The notes: a model not told the origin generated them from the letters alone. DNA of 60,162 nt, filler included, from Platydemus manokwari (GCA_037951405.1; 6 parts of 6 records of this genome joined end to end with filler, not necessarily neighbours in it); one strand, 5' to 3'. Numbered from the whole stretch's first letter, positions 37,440-51,810 are shown. A program made the numbers and translations.

Positions 37440-37870
37440 CAATAATAAATTACCACTCATTTGAAGTTGAATACAAAACCGTAAACAATCTAGAAGGCTG
37501 ATTGTTAGAAAAAACACACAAACCACATGACAGAATAAAGGTTAGCAACCATAAAAAACTGAAACCAACTTCTTTTATAGGCTTAATACTCGTTTCTATT
37601 TGTTTCGCTTGTCATTTGATAAATTCGTTCATACATCGATCTATTAGTAATTTCAATTACATTTCTCGTGCTATCAGTGGATATCGGTGCTTTTTGTTAC
37701 GTGCCAGTCGATTATTGAATTCTAAATACGAATTGATATAAAGAAGCAATTTGAGTGAATATTGAAACATGTGCTTATTGAATCTGTGTGTATCAAAGCT
37801 TCACGGATTATTTCTATGGTTTTCGTAAACATTTTAGTTGTTTTTGTGATCTACCAAACACTAACAACGC
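37440..37870 (-). repeat. R1 repeat copy 3
   Basis: GTGCCAGT.GATTATT.AATTCTAAATACG and ATGGTTT.CGTAAA..TTT shared with copy 2. Confidence 0.65.
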
Positions 37871-38431
37871 AATTAATATAGTCGACACTCTAGTTGAATG
37901 TGAGGTGAAGAAACATCATACCTGAAGTCTAATAATTGAACTCGATGAAACCAATTAAGACTTTGATAGAGGTACAAAGAAAGAATTCTGACTCATTTGA
38001 AATATATAATAAACAAATCGCAAAGATAACATTTATAAAAATCTAATTTCGTTTAATAATGTTTATTTCAAGAATTCCATAAAACTTATTGTATTTGGGA
38101 GTAAACTCACAATTTCTAAACAGTTATTCTTTAAAATGCTTAAATGATATATGTTTCGGTTTCCTTAAGGATGTTTTTGTTGCAGAAGTGAAAATAAACT
38201 TTTCAAAAATAATTAAAAATTAAAAATAAATATTTTTAATAAATAAATAATATAAAAGAAAATCATTAATGCTTTACTTAAATCAAAATATAAAAATTAA
38301 TAGATCATTCTAGAAGAATTTGTTTAAATATTAGGTGTATAACCTTAAAATTTTGGTTTTTTTTGAAAAATATTTATTTATTTAAAGTACATTTTGCATA
38401 GTAACATTAATCAAAGTATTCTCCATCAGAA

Positions 38432-38531
38432 NNNNNNNNNNNNNNNNNNNNNNNNNNNNNNNNNNNNNNNNNNNNTTAATTAATTAANNNNNNNNNNNNN
38501 NNNNNNNNNNNNNNNNNNNNNNNNNNNNNNN
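38432..38531. other. Artificial contig-joining spacer
   Basis: 44N-TTAATTAATTAA-44N. Confidence 0.95.
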
Positions 38532-41500
38532 ATTTGTCATCTAATGAGATATTAGCCGCTAATTATATTTACATTATTATTTATATTCAACAAATATAAT
38601 TACAATGCAAGGAAATACTACTGATAAAAAAATAGTAATAAAATTTGAAAAGATTTATTATTTTGATCACCATTATTATTATTATTATTTTCAGTACCGT
38701 TATATATGATATTTCTATTATTTTCTATTTTAAAATTAATTATATTACTTAACAGGTTTGATAATTAATTTTAAAAAGCTTCTAGAGTTTCTATTCAGAA
38801 ATTATTGTTGCTACGATTCCAATTACATTTTTACGATTTCCAGTGGCCTGAATCATACTAAAGATGCTCCTTTAATTAATTGATTATTCTCCATATTTCA
38901 AATTGTCTTTACTACTTCATCCCATTGTACTCATCTGACCTGTATTGATAAATGTATTGACTTCTAAATTTCACTTCACTGAGAATATTATTTATCGTTG
39001 AGTTTATTCGAATATGACAAAGCTATTTTTAATATTTGGAATCACTACATTGCTCGACTAAATATTTACAATCGAATTATTTATGATAGCTCATACCATT
39101 TTGTAATATTAAGAAAGCTTTTCAATTTTCATGGCAATTTTTTTTGCGAAAATTTATTACTTTAATAATTTGAAATGTAAAATATATAAACAAACATATA
39201 AAATTCAATTGACGAAATAATGATATTATAAGTGGAAACAAAACTTACTTACATAGCTCAAAGGAATTATATTATTGTCAATTATCCATGACAGATGATG
39301 TAGTTAGGTAAATTGTATCGTCAATTCTTTATAATTGCGTTTTGCTCGACTGACGTATTTGTTTTTAAATTTAATTCTTCTCAACTTATATTCTTCTTGC
39401 AAATCATTCAATTAAAATGATAAATTCAATTTAAATATGAACTACATCTGACAGAATAAGTCTCTTAGAAAAAATTAATAAACTTATTTCCGTACATATA
39501 AATTTATATGGAGAAACAATTAAAAATTTATCATGAATTTTACTTAAGTAATTATACTGTTTCGAAATCAAGTATAAGTAGTCATGGTTAAGTGAACTTG
39601 TAAAACATTTTTATTAATATAATTTATTTTAAGTAACGAACAGGAAGATTTCTACACAATTTTAATGGTTTCGTTATAGTTTTGTAGAATAACAGGTTCT
39701 TTCAATTTGATGATGGGGTCATGTCATTGATCTTTAGGAGATCACAGTGTAATGGCCGCAATTAATTGACTATTATTTTATATTAAGCATGAAAATTATT
39801 AATTTATCTATGTGTGATACATTGAACTAAAATTCAATAGCATAGTATAATAGTAAGTGATAGTGTTATTATCAATCCTACAAGTTTCTAATGATATCCA
39901 GTGAAAGAAAATTATGAAAGGTGATGGCTCAACTTGAAACCTTTCATTCTTTAAGCCTAGTTCCAATACCTCTAATTTAATCAATCTTCTATCCATTTCT
40001 ATTTAGCCTTCAATCGATTATCTAAATTGTTAGGGACATTAAAAATCAATTTTTATAATTTAGAAAATAAATCGTGAATTTTTCACCAATATTTTTATTT
40101 ATCGAGAAATCAGGTATGATTCCATTTATAACCTGATATTTATCATATTGTATATATTCAGATGCGTTTCGTGGAGTTTATTTATGGAATATCATTATAA
40201 AATTTGAACGGTAACAATGGTTAATCGAAATTCACTAAAAGTTGTTATAAAAGCGGTAAAACATACTTGTCATTTCATATAATTCGCTACTGTTAATTCT
40301 AAATATTCGGGAGTATTATTTAGTAGTGGTGTTCTTATTTTGAAGAACGAGATTATTACTTGCACTTGGTTTGAAATGGATATTTGTAATAATTATACTA
40401 TCATGAATAAATTTGCTAATTATTAATTCGTTTTGAAAAAGCTTTTAATGAGCCTCATTATAAAGAAAGGTGAGATTCCAATATATTTATTCCTACTCAT
40501 ATTTTAAATTCTCTATTTAATAATACAAGCTATTGAAGAGGTCGATTGTTCTCCAATCTGTCTTAATTGGTTCTTTCAATTAACTTTGTAATCTAATCGA
40601 ACATGTGAGTTGTGTCGAATTGAATACCAGTATTTGGATGTTCAACGCGGTTTTGATTTTATCTATAAAGTATAAAGAAAAGCATGCATTGAGAGATTGG
40701 AACTCATCTTTTGGGTTAATTGTAAACAGTAGGTGATCCACTTCAAGTCACGGAAATCTGACAATATTGGTCATTATTAATGTGAATACAAATGAAAGTA
40801 TTGTGAAGTAGAAATGTTAAATGTCATTACAATATTATTATGAAGATATTACTTATTAAAATTCATAATACGTTGCTGCAGGAAAAATATAAATAATTAC
40901 TTAATAATTTATTAAATATGTTAGCGAATAATCTGATATAACGGTTGGGTAGATCATAAAATCAATCGAAAGGTTTAGAAGAACTAAGGAAATAGATCTA
41001 TAAAGGATCGACACACACAGAGGTCCCATAAGCACAGGGGCCGTCAACCAATCAGATTTGTTCTACTATTGATCTATATTTAGAAGTTGAAAATATTGAT
41101 TATTATAATTTGTAATCTCTTACAGAAAGAAAAAGAAAAATAACGAATTAATAACTTATTCAATATATGGCAGAATAATCTGATATAACCAAATGATGAG
41201 TGAAACTATAAAATTTGCTACTAAGCACGAAAACTTTACCATAAAAAATCTAGAATAACCAAAAAACCAAATATTATGTTCACAAATACAGATGTATCAT
41301 AATCGAACTTACAATGCAGAAATCCAGGATATTTAATAAGAGATAAATCCAATAATTTCTCTATTCTATATCGTAAATTACTCAAATCATCTATGCCTTC
41401 GGGTGCCACCAAAAAAGGATATTTTTATTAACTTTTATTTCCACAGTCAAGGAATTGCACTTAGTTTTCAAAAACAAAACGCTTTACCTTTGCAAATCAA

Positions 41501-42249
41501 CTTTAATCAATTCAATAGATCCATGGTATAATATGATAAATGAATGTTTAGCTCAAGACTTTTAATAAACCGTGAAATCGGTTCCAGTTCTTAAGCGTTA
41601 ATATTATGTTCACTTTTTAGGTCAAATTTCTATACAAGTCTTTTACAGCATATATTTGTTGAGCAACAGAATTTTCAATCAGACTTATTTCATCAAAACA
41701 AATAAATTCTAAGCCTACCTGCATTGACTAGCTGGAAATGTTGTTGGACCACCGAGGGTTATTGCAGTTTTTATTCTTAATTTTCAATATAATTCTTTAT
41801 TTTACCGGTATTCGCTATTATAAACGGAATGATTTATAATATTTAATTATCTAAATAATACGTGTTTGTTGGACTCTTATGAAAAATTATTAAGTGAAAT
41901 AATTTTTTCGAATTTTAAACTAAGATCATTTTAATATCAACTAGCCGCTTACTATTACGTGACCAGTTTCAGGTAGTTTCAACTGTTGCATGCGCCATCG
42001 ATCAAGATAGGAATTAACCGGACATCCCGTGGCGAGTGTACTCTTGCCACAGGATCAAGTCCAAGTTTCTCAGTCCAAAATTTCTTTTCGATTTCTAATT
42101 CAAGTTATGTAAACAATAAAACAACGGATAGTAACCATAAAGATTTGTGATTCCATCGTACTCTTTCTACCCTATTTTATTTAAATGTATAACGTATTTG
42201 GAAATATTTTTATTACGATCAATGATCATTTCAATATACAGTGCAATGA

Positions 42250-42763
42250 TCAATATTATTTATTTAATTATAATTTTTAAAAACATTTTAATTTAAGTAC
42301 TTTAGAAGAATTTTATTTGTTTGATAGAAAATATTAAATACTCCAGGGCTTCAAAATATCCAAAAATTTAATTATTCGAAAAAGGAATCAAAGTAGCTCG
42401 AATTGTAATTTATTGAAAATTAGCGAGGACCCCTTTTTAATATAAAAAAAAAATTTTCGAGATGTTCTAAATTTTGTACAATTACAATAAGCAGAGATTT
42501 TATTAAACATGCATGTAGTTAACTAACTCGATTTATAATTTTAAAAAATGAAATTAAAAAGTGAAATAATCATATAGAAGTATTATTCCTAGAATAAGAA
42601 CTTGGTTTTAAAACGATGTTTTGTCCCTATTAGACATCCTAAAAAGTGACACACTGACTGAATGATACAACAGTTATATGTAATATTAAGTTACAAAATT
42701 ATTTCATGATCGAAAATTCATTATTACAAAAGTATGTCAAAAGACCCCTTTTCATAATTTAGC
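42250..42763 (+). mobile_element. 3' part of non-autonomous DNA element of the GGCTAAAG-TIR family
   Basis: Collinear with 52870-53350 (GAAGAATTTTA.TTGTTTGA, CTAACTCGATTTATAATT, GAACTTGGTTTTAAA, GAAAATTCATTATTAC). Ends GACCCCTTTTCATAATTTAGCC. Confidence 0.7.
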
Positions 42764-44048
42764 CAATTTTCCTCTAAGTTTGTGATTTATCCATGAAGTT
42801 TTCGCATTTTTTTAATTCAAAAACTTTTTTGTTTGGAAATAATATTGAGGAATTATTATTTAATCTCACAATACTAGGGTTTTTATTTCAGACGAAACTC
42901 ATTTCTCAAAGATGTTTATAATAGAATATATGATAAACTAATGTTGGAATCTTTATGATACACTCAAAATGGATGTTGTTCAAAACTTAGAATAAGATTT
43001 CAATGAATTTTTTACGTTGATCGAAAATTTTGAATTAAAACTTTTCTAGAAAGTCTCGTGAAATGACAACGACGGGTTATATTTATATGAATTGTATAGT
43101 TTATTTGAATTCGTCGCTTAGTGTCAGTTATTGATTTTTATCAATGAAGTTCATTTGTGAAATAGTCCATGCTAAACTCAATATAATGCCGACAATCATT
43201 AGAAATAAAGTCGGTGTAATTATAATTCATTTTTAGATTATCACAGCACCAGGTTTTAATAAGAAATATAGCTAAATTGTTTGTTTTTATTGCAAAGCGG
43301 GTTGACTTTGATCTTTAATTTTATAAAAAATTAAGAATCTGATTACCATGCATGCCATCAAATCCATAAGACACAATAATCCACTCATAGTGCCTAAATT
43401 TCCACTGATATAATCTTTTATGAATTTATTCGATTTTCGATTAGTAGTGTTATTAATTCAAGAATTTTATTCAATTTTTGTTAGCTACTTTGTTAAATAT
43501 AATTATTCTTTTTTAAACAGTCTTAGAAAATGAAATTGATAATATTGTATAGAAATTCCATACTTTTAAGTTGAAAGTAATTTATTTAAAATATAGAAAG
43601 TAAAAAATAATTTATTAATTTATAATTAAATACTAAGTATCTTTTTAAATAAAAAATTGAATTGTTTATTCGAACTAAATATTTATATCAATATAAATAA
43701 ATTAATACAAAATTTTTATGATATTTTGTACTCCATGTTATTTATAAGATTTCAACTTAAAATTTCATAAATAATTTGTGCTTATCAAGTTTTATTATTT
43801 GAAATAGCGATTTACCGCGGGAACTTGTATATCACCATGACGAAACCTGTTGTAAATAAACAGTGGAAAATCCCAGAAAATCACAGCTTAACATGAAAAT
43901 ACTATATAATTAATCAACTAATGAGAGCTAAGTCACAACAAACAGTAAACGCAAAAAGAATTCTACGACAATTTCGAAACTATTTTCTTCGACGACAGTT
44001 TAAATTATCTTTGACTTAGATGACGCAACTTTATCAACCTCAGCAACC

Positions 44049-45764
44049 CGTCAACGGCGCAAACACACATTAGGATTGCATAACCTCAGCACTTAGTTCG
44101 ATACGAACTTTCGTACCCCAAAAAAGTGGTTTCATAATATTATTGGGGTTTATACGATTTCAATAGTTGATGTGGTTAGTCTAATTATCGTGTCCCAACG
44201 TATGCGAGCTCTTGTTATTTTTTTAAAAGACTAAATTTATTATAAATACGACACCTGACTCCAAAAGTGCGATGTATAACTAAAACAAAGAATAGTAATT
44301 ATAATTAATTTGATTTATAAAATGTATTATAAGAAAATTGATGACACGAGACAATAAGATACAATTAAACGATTTAGTTTATTTTGACATAAATAGCCAG
44401 TCACTGAGTGGGGGAGTTTACGCTAAATTAATAATTGAAATTTATAGACTCTATGCAGATAGAGTGATTTCTAACTGTACCTGATTTGGTAAATTGATAA
44501 TTGTATTGTAATTGTGGTCATTTGTTTGTGTGAGCATTTTTCTTTAACTAAAGGATATCTTTAGCACTAGTGACAAGCATTATAATTGTTAGACGGTGAT
44601 AATCATTTGGAGTTTTATTTGTATCGTATTGATATAGGAATTTTGCATTTGATTTTTAGTCCTTGGAATTTCTATTATAATTTTAAAATATACCAGCATA
44701 TTTGATTGAAATCGCGCTTCCGTCAACGGAGCAAACATACATTAGGATTACATAACCTCAGCACTTAGTTCGATACGAACTTTCTGGAGAGAATATCTTC
44801 GGACTTCGCTCGAAATGGCAATGGTTTGATGATTTTGTGTAACTTGTACCCATTGATTATGAAATTATGTTAGTGATTCCATTATTTGCAAAGGTATGGT
44901 GTCTTTCAACCCTATTTATATCAAATTTCTTGAGGGGGTTTAATTATAATTTCCATTTTTATATTGACCAACAATTTTTATTTACAAACTATTATTAAAT
45001 GCTTTATTTAATGGTTATTGATAATATTTAGTGGCCATATTAAAATGTGGGTGAAATTGGGGTTTTATAAGAGTATATTTTATAAAGATGAAATCCTTTT
45101 ATTTGTCCTATTATTCCAAGTCAAAGATTAAATGGATAATTATCCAAGAGGCTTCTTATACTTATGCAAAATAATTAACATGTCTTTGCCAAAAATATAA
45201 ACATTAGTTCCTAAAATATAAACAAATTCAGTTTTTTTATTATTATTACATCACCATTGTTTTTCTCATTCCATTAAAATCATATCATTCACAAAATTTT
45301 ATCATCAAACCCTAAAAAGTCAAAAATCACTAATAGCGTTTGTCCCATAATTAACCAAAAAACATCAGTGTTGTTAAGATTATGTACAGAAATTTTGTTT
45401 ACTTTGATTTAAGCCCCAACAAATTGGTTTAATAATATTATTGGGGTTTATACGGTTTCAATAGTTGATGTGGTTAGTCTAATTATCGTGTCCCAGCGTA
45501 TGCGAGCTCTTGTTATTTTTAAAATACTAAATTTATTGTAAATACGACATCTGACTCCAAAAGTGCGGTGTATAACTAAAACAAAGAATAATAATTATAA
45601 TCAATTTGATTTATAAAATGTATTATAAGAAAATTGATAACACGAGTCAATAAGATACAATTGAACGATTTAGTTTATTTTGACATAAATAACCAGTCAC
45701 TGAGTGGGGAAGTTCGCCCTAAATTAATAATTGAAATTTATAGACTCTATGCAGATAGAGTGAT
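44049..45764 (+). repeat. Local direct duplication: block A 44049-44111 / 44720-44783; block B 44116-44468 / 45413-45764
   Basis: Near-identical sequence visible by direct comparison. Confidence 0.9.
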
Positions 45765-46890
45765 GTGGCAATTTTTCTGGTCTTTTATGGATAGTTCTGT
45801 AAGAGTCCTAGATAAGGTTATTGGAGGTTAGGCTTACTTGGCACCGTAACATAGATGGCTATTTTTGTGGTAGATTTATTAGTTTCAGAAAATTTACTTC
45901 TAGTTAAACTGGGCTCAATCTAGAATTTTTATGTATCGGCTGCTAGTTGATTATTTGATTAATATTCTCGAATATACTAATACAATGGTAAATAATAAAT
46001 TCTTTATGGACAACAGGATCTGTTGTTGGACTAACAATTATAAATATTATTAATAATAAATAAAATATTATTAATTACTTTACTATATCGTTTATCAATG
46101 GTTATTTAGAGAATCAAATCAAATGTAAATTTACTAGGTTATCGAAATAGAATTAAATAGAATTTAATTTTCTGATTGCTTAACAAATATTAAGTGATTA
46201 ACTCTTACGATTTTGGACGTTTGAATTACTGAATAATCCGTTGGTATTTCCAATCAAATTTTGTGGCTTGAGTGCTTCTTTTAGATTTTAACGGTTGAAT
46301 TAACGAATAGTTCGTTGATATTTCCGAACAAATCCTGTGGCTTGAGTGCTTCTGGGAAGTTCGGTATCTTTCGGTTTTAAAATATTCCCTTGCAGGTGAA
46401 TAACTGCTTCAGATCGCGCTTATGATCCTAAGAAACTTGGTATTCTTTGGTTTTCAAATAGTTCGTCGTCTGCTCATATAACGGCTTATATCTTCTGTGA
46501 AATATTTGATATGAATTAAATTTCTATTTAATTAAAAACAATTTTAATTCACATTTTATTCAAATCTAATTCAGATTTTATTTAGATTTTATTTAATTTT
46601 ATAAAAAATTAAATTGATGTAAAATTGGAAATATTTTTTTAAATATTTGGATTTAAAATAAATTGATTGTGTCTTTTACTTTTTTGTTCGATTTTAATGT
46701 GTGGTTTTTAAAATAGTAAGAGCAGCTAACATCTTCGATTGATTTTTCGCTTTCACTAATGTTAACTAAACCGAGGTATTCTTGTTTTTTTAATTTATTA
46801 GAGTTTAGATTGTGTTATTATATTTTCCACTATTACGTCCGAACTCCAATTTCCAATAGTCGTTATGGTTGGTTTTTTATTTTAATGAAT

Positions 46891-47022
46891 TGACTTGTTT
46901 ACTTGACACATGAGAACAAGTGACTTGTTTACTTGACACATGAGAACAAGTTGGCTCGTTTATTTGACAAGTAAGAATAAATTAACTTATTTATTTGACA
47001 AGTGCAAATAAGTTGACTCGTT
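46891..47022. repeat. 30-31 bp tandem minisatellite, ~4.3 copies
   Basis: TGACTTGTTTACTTGACACATGAGAACAAG twice exactly, then two diverged units. Confidence 0.9.
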
Positions 47023-48594
47023 TCTGTGTAATGTGTTTTATATTAAATTTTAAATTAATTTCTTTTCTTTTTATTTTAAGTTTTTATTATTACTACTTCT
47101 GTTTTTATTTTCCTCTCTTACTATTTTTGTCCTTTTTTATTTTTGATTACCTCTTTTTAGATAATTTTAAATTTCAGTTTTCACCATTTTAATTGTGTTT
47201 CTATTTTTGAATTTATTAATCATTTACAGAAAAATTCCTTCTGGATAATTAATTATTTATTTTATGGATAATTATTATTGTTATTGTTTTATTTTATTAT
47301 AGTTGTTCATTTTCATGTATTTTATAGATACAATTTCATTGTCGTATTTGTGTCTTTCGTATTTATTATTTAATGTGTCTTATTTTATCCCAACAATATT
47401 ATGGTCCATGATTTACCATCAGTGATAAAAAAACCATGATTTTCGAGGCACATTTTTTCATTTTTTTCATGGCATACTATGGTGCCGCAAATACAGTACC
47501 GGAGTTCTATAAGATTAATTCGTAACCCAAGCGAAAAAAGCAATTTTTCTAATTCTTAATCTTTAATCATTAGTCAATAATTAGTTATTCATAATAATAT
47601 TAATTCATAATCAAATAAATACATCAATACATTCACATCTGCACATTTTCATGCACAGATTTGCTTTTGACCAACGGTGCTTAAGCACATATCATCATTA
47701 TTTATTAATATTGTCCACAACAATTACCGAATAACGTTTCTAAAGTTTTTATTTATTTTTTCTAAAGACGCAGTAAGTTTTCTTCTGACAGTGAATATAG
47801 CAGTGGTGACAGCGCCGATCCATATTTTGCGAAAATAAATTTTAAATTAACAGAAGGGATTGATAACACAATCTAAACTTTTGCGATTACTGCTTCATGA
47901 GGCACTCTGCCTCTAAGACAAGTAAAAAAGAAATGATATCAACTGGAATTAATTTCTCTCCTGCAGTCATCATGGGTTGTATTAATTCTGTATGATTAAC
48001 GGAATTCTTCGATAAGAGTAGTAACTTCCGTTTATTAAATATTATCATTTATCTGAAATATTGATGGCTGCTTGGTTCCACAAAGTATTCTTCAAGTTTA
48101 GCAGCAGCATTGTGATTTTTGGTTATTGGTTATTGCTGGTTTTAATGATTATTGGAATCGATGATATTGATGGAAACTTGTTTGGTGATAATTTAATAGT
48201 AAATCAACGATTTTTCAACCGATAATTACTATTTATATTAGTGAAATGCTGTGAGTTCGAGATTGATGTTTCCACTAATATCTGAAACTTCACAGATTAA
48301 TAGGTTGCGTGTAGTGAGTTATGCTATATAATAATATGACTAAGAATAACAATAGCATGATAATAATACTTTATTATAGTACAAATTAACAAATGTGTGA
48401 TGCTTTAAAGTTTAAAAGAGTAAGTTGTTGTGACCTGAAGCTTTATCAGTAATTAACAACCGCCGGAGGGAACTAAGTGACACCCCACTGCGGTATGAAA
48501 ACTGAAGGAACAGTGATTTTAAACTCACAAACTCTGTTACGATTTTGTGAGGAGTTAATGATCAATGCCAACAAATCTCCTTTCGGAGAATGAT

Positions 48595-48694
48595 NNNNNN
48601 NNNNNNNNNNNNNNNNNNNNNNNNNNNNNNNNNNNNNNTTAATTAATTAANNNNNNNNNNNNNNNNNNNNNNNNNNNNNNNNNNNNNNNNNNNN
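48595..48694. other. Artificial contig-joining spacer
   Basis: 44N-TTAATTAATTAA-44N. Confidence 0.95.
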
Positions 48695-48706
48695 ATAATA
48701 ATAATA

Positions 48707-48757
<51 letters not shown>

Positions 48758-48790
48758 GTAATAATAATAATGTAATAATATTATAATAAT
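48695..48790. repeat. (AAT)n microsatellite
   Basis: Directly visible. Explains the poly-Leu ORF 48639-48857. Confidence 0.95.
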
Positions 48791-49279
48791 AGAATGCTAT
48801 AATAATACTGCACAGCTGAATAATATAATTACAGAGGCAGTCAGACGAATGCCACAAGCTGGTAATGTCGACCTCACAAGATATATCAACATAGCAAGAA
48901 GAGTGATTGTCGATGTAAAGTATTCTTCAAAACCGAAATGCTTGTACAGTAACTGCAAAGTAGAATCTTCTTTGGTGACATGGGCCTCTAAACTTGTGAC
49001 ATACAGAATGATAAAAGTGTTTGCCTTTGTATTTTAGGGCCAAATGTAGTCTCTAGACCAGTAGATCAGTTTGCACGCAAACCAAAGGCATTTTATTTCA
49101 CAGAAAATTTATTATGGCCTAGGCCGTTGAGTGATCTTATCGAAAAAGCATGTAGAATCTAAAATAAGACCATAGAAATAATAGTAACAAAATTATTGAT
49201 TAATAGATATACCGACTGCAACGGAGATTCAGAAGGGTGTCATTAAAATATTAATTGACTCCGAAAAGTGGGAATTTGT

Positions 49280-49680
49280 TATTATAAATCACACGAAATC
49301 AACGATAGATAAGGGGTGATCAGCACCCAATAGCTAATCAGCAAACAGTAGACAACCACAAAGACTGGTTGTGAGACAAACCACTTAAAAGTCACAAAGA
49401 ATAAGATGGTAGATGGCCGTTGAATCCAAATCTTTTTATAGGCTTATCAAGCGTGTTCACTTGATGTCACAGAGATTCAATTATCATTCGATAGAATCAG
49501 GTACACATTGACCTATTATCAATTTATCTTATCTGATTTTTGGTATTCGTTGCCAGTTGTTGGAATGTGCCGCTAAATTATTGAATTTTAAATATGGATT
49601 GATATATGCAAAGAATCTGATTGGTTACTGGCACGTGTGTGAGACAAGACTGATTTGCACACAGAAAAAACACCATTGGA
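49280..49680 (-). repeat. R1 repeat copy 4
   Basis: GATCAGCACCC, TCTTTTTATAGGC and TGATTGGTTACTGGCACGTGTG are the reverse complement of copy 1 landmarks. Confidence 0.6.
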
Positions 49681-51559
49681 AATGGTATTTGAAAGGTGAC
49701 GAATTTCCTATTAAATCGAACAGAAAAATCAAGAAAAATATAAGGTTTCATGTTAATACATTATAACTTGTGAGTGGTATAATTAGAGTTGAGTTAATGG
49801 TAAGGTTAGTGACATTGCTGGGACTGAGCAAGACGTTTATAATAATATTTAGCAATATCATATAAATTTATTAAAAATAAAATCAATAATTAAAACAAAC
49901 AATGGTAGTCACCTAAACTTATTTGTTAATAAATATTTGACGTCGAATATAAAATGTTAGTTTAGTAATCTGGGTATTTGTGAATAACAGTAACAAATAA
50001 ATTTCAATGTAGAACTCATTTTTATATGGAAACTATTTGCTGACAAATATCAGTAATGTATTTGTGATCGTTTATTGATTAGTATGTTTATGCAAAAATA
50101 TATATTCGTATTTTCCAGATCTTCATTAATAATAAATCTGTAGAAAGAATTAGCAAATCTTATTGGATTAGCAAGTTATTCAGAAATGAATTTTGGAATT
50201 TATTAATAAAGCTAATATTTTTCATTGAAAGCCATTACCAATCCGCGAGATTTATGCGATTTCAGTGCTCCATGCACCACAGAAAATATTTTCATAAATG
50301 CTGTTGGATGAAATCGTTTTGGTGTTCCGGCTGTACTTCGCACAAAAATAAATTTAAAATAGGAACAAACTGTCAATGCCGTATTTCACATGATTTAGAA
50401 AGGAATGAGGAAATTATTTCGATGATTTATCCAATATGATCTCACTGGCAAAAAGAACAGCTAGATTAATTATTAATGAAAAATATTTAGGAACTCTTAT
50501 ACGTTTAGTCGTAATACTAAGATTTGGTCAATAATGTTGAGATACTAATCTATGTGTTATAAAAGATGAATATGAAGCCCCTAAAGTGTCTTGTTAATTT
50601 GACTAAGATATTTATACAAGCATATCTATATAACTTCCACACACACATACCTATATATATATATGTGTGTGTGTGTGTGTTTTTGATTAAGTTATTAGAT
50701 TAAAAAATATCAAATAAAATATTCATATTTCGGTAGTATTTAGCCTCATTGTAACCTCCACAAACAGCTTTATAATTTGAGAAAGAAATATGACAAATCA
50801 ATGCCAGTTGATATTCAGTTTCGATGAGCGATACAAAGGTCACTAAGCATTCATATTTGACATTCACAACATGATTTCATCCTATCAGTGTCGAACTTGC
50901 AGAGCATGTTGAATCGTTATCTCTCAGGAAGTGGGATTATTGTTGAACTCTGAAAAGAGATATTCCTGATGCAAAATACAACATAAAATCTGATAATTCC
51001 TCAGTTTAAAGAATGGTTTCTTCAATTTTAGACATGCAGCGCCACAGATAAATTGTTAGAAATTCAACAATTTCTTTGGGAAAATATTTCATGAAAGAAA
51101 ATACTTTCACTTTCATCCAATGAATAGAATATTTCTCCACCTATATTATCAGACCAATGTTAATATTGAAAAGTGGAACATAAAAGACAGTCTTAACTAA
51201 AAAATAATGGATAAAGTAATTTAGAAACGTAAATAATATTATATGAATTTTTGGGTTAGTTATTGAGATTAACCACCCTCCTTTCATAAAAGGTATCGAC
51301 CAGCCATGGATAAATCAACACAAGAAATAATTTTATCGAATCATTCTACGATCATCATTTTTATTATTTAAAATAACCATCCCGATATCTTAAAATAAAT
51401 CATGAAACAATTTTCCAACAACAACAATATATGGATAAATCGATGAGAAATAATTCTTTTATCCATCTAGGAAATGATATTTTTCAAAAATCGTTCAATG
51501 TTGCTACTTAACTACTTTCTAACATATTACAAGCTTCAGTTAAAAAGAAATGAAAAAAT

Positions 51560-51772
51560 CCCAATTACGTAATTAACTCTGTTATTAGCTTTGCCATTGC
51601 TGGTGAGAAATGCGTTAAAGGATTTATACATTTCATTACCATCGGTGATCCATATTTCTCAATGATAATTTATCTGATATAATCTGATAAATATATTTAC
51701 AATTCCTTTTTGCAGTAGCATTCATACATATTTTCATCAATCTAACTTCATAATTGATTATTCAGCCTTGCT

Positions 51773-51810
<38 letters not shown>

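Noticed and set aside
39250-39450. RAKR + hydrophobic motif suggesting a TGF-beta ligand
   Set aside because: Lacks the cysteines, has in-frame stops, and no downstream cystine-knot exon was found.
46891-47022. CRISPR array
   Set aside because: No unique spacers, no cas genes, eukaryotic context.
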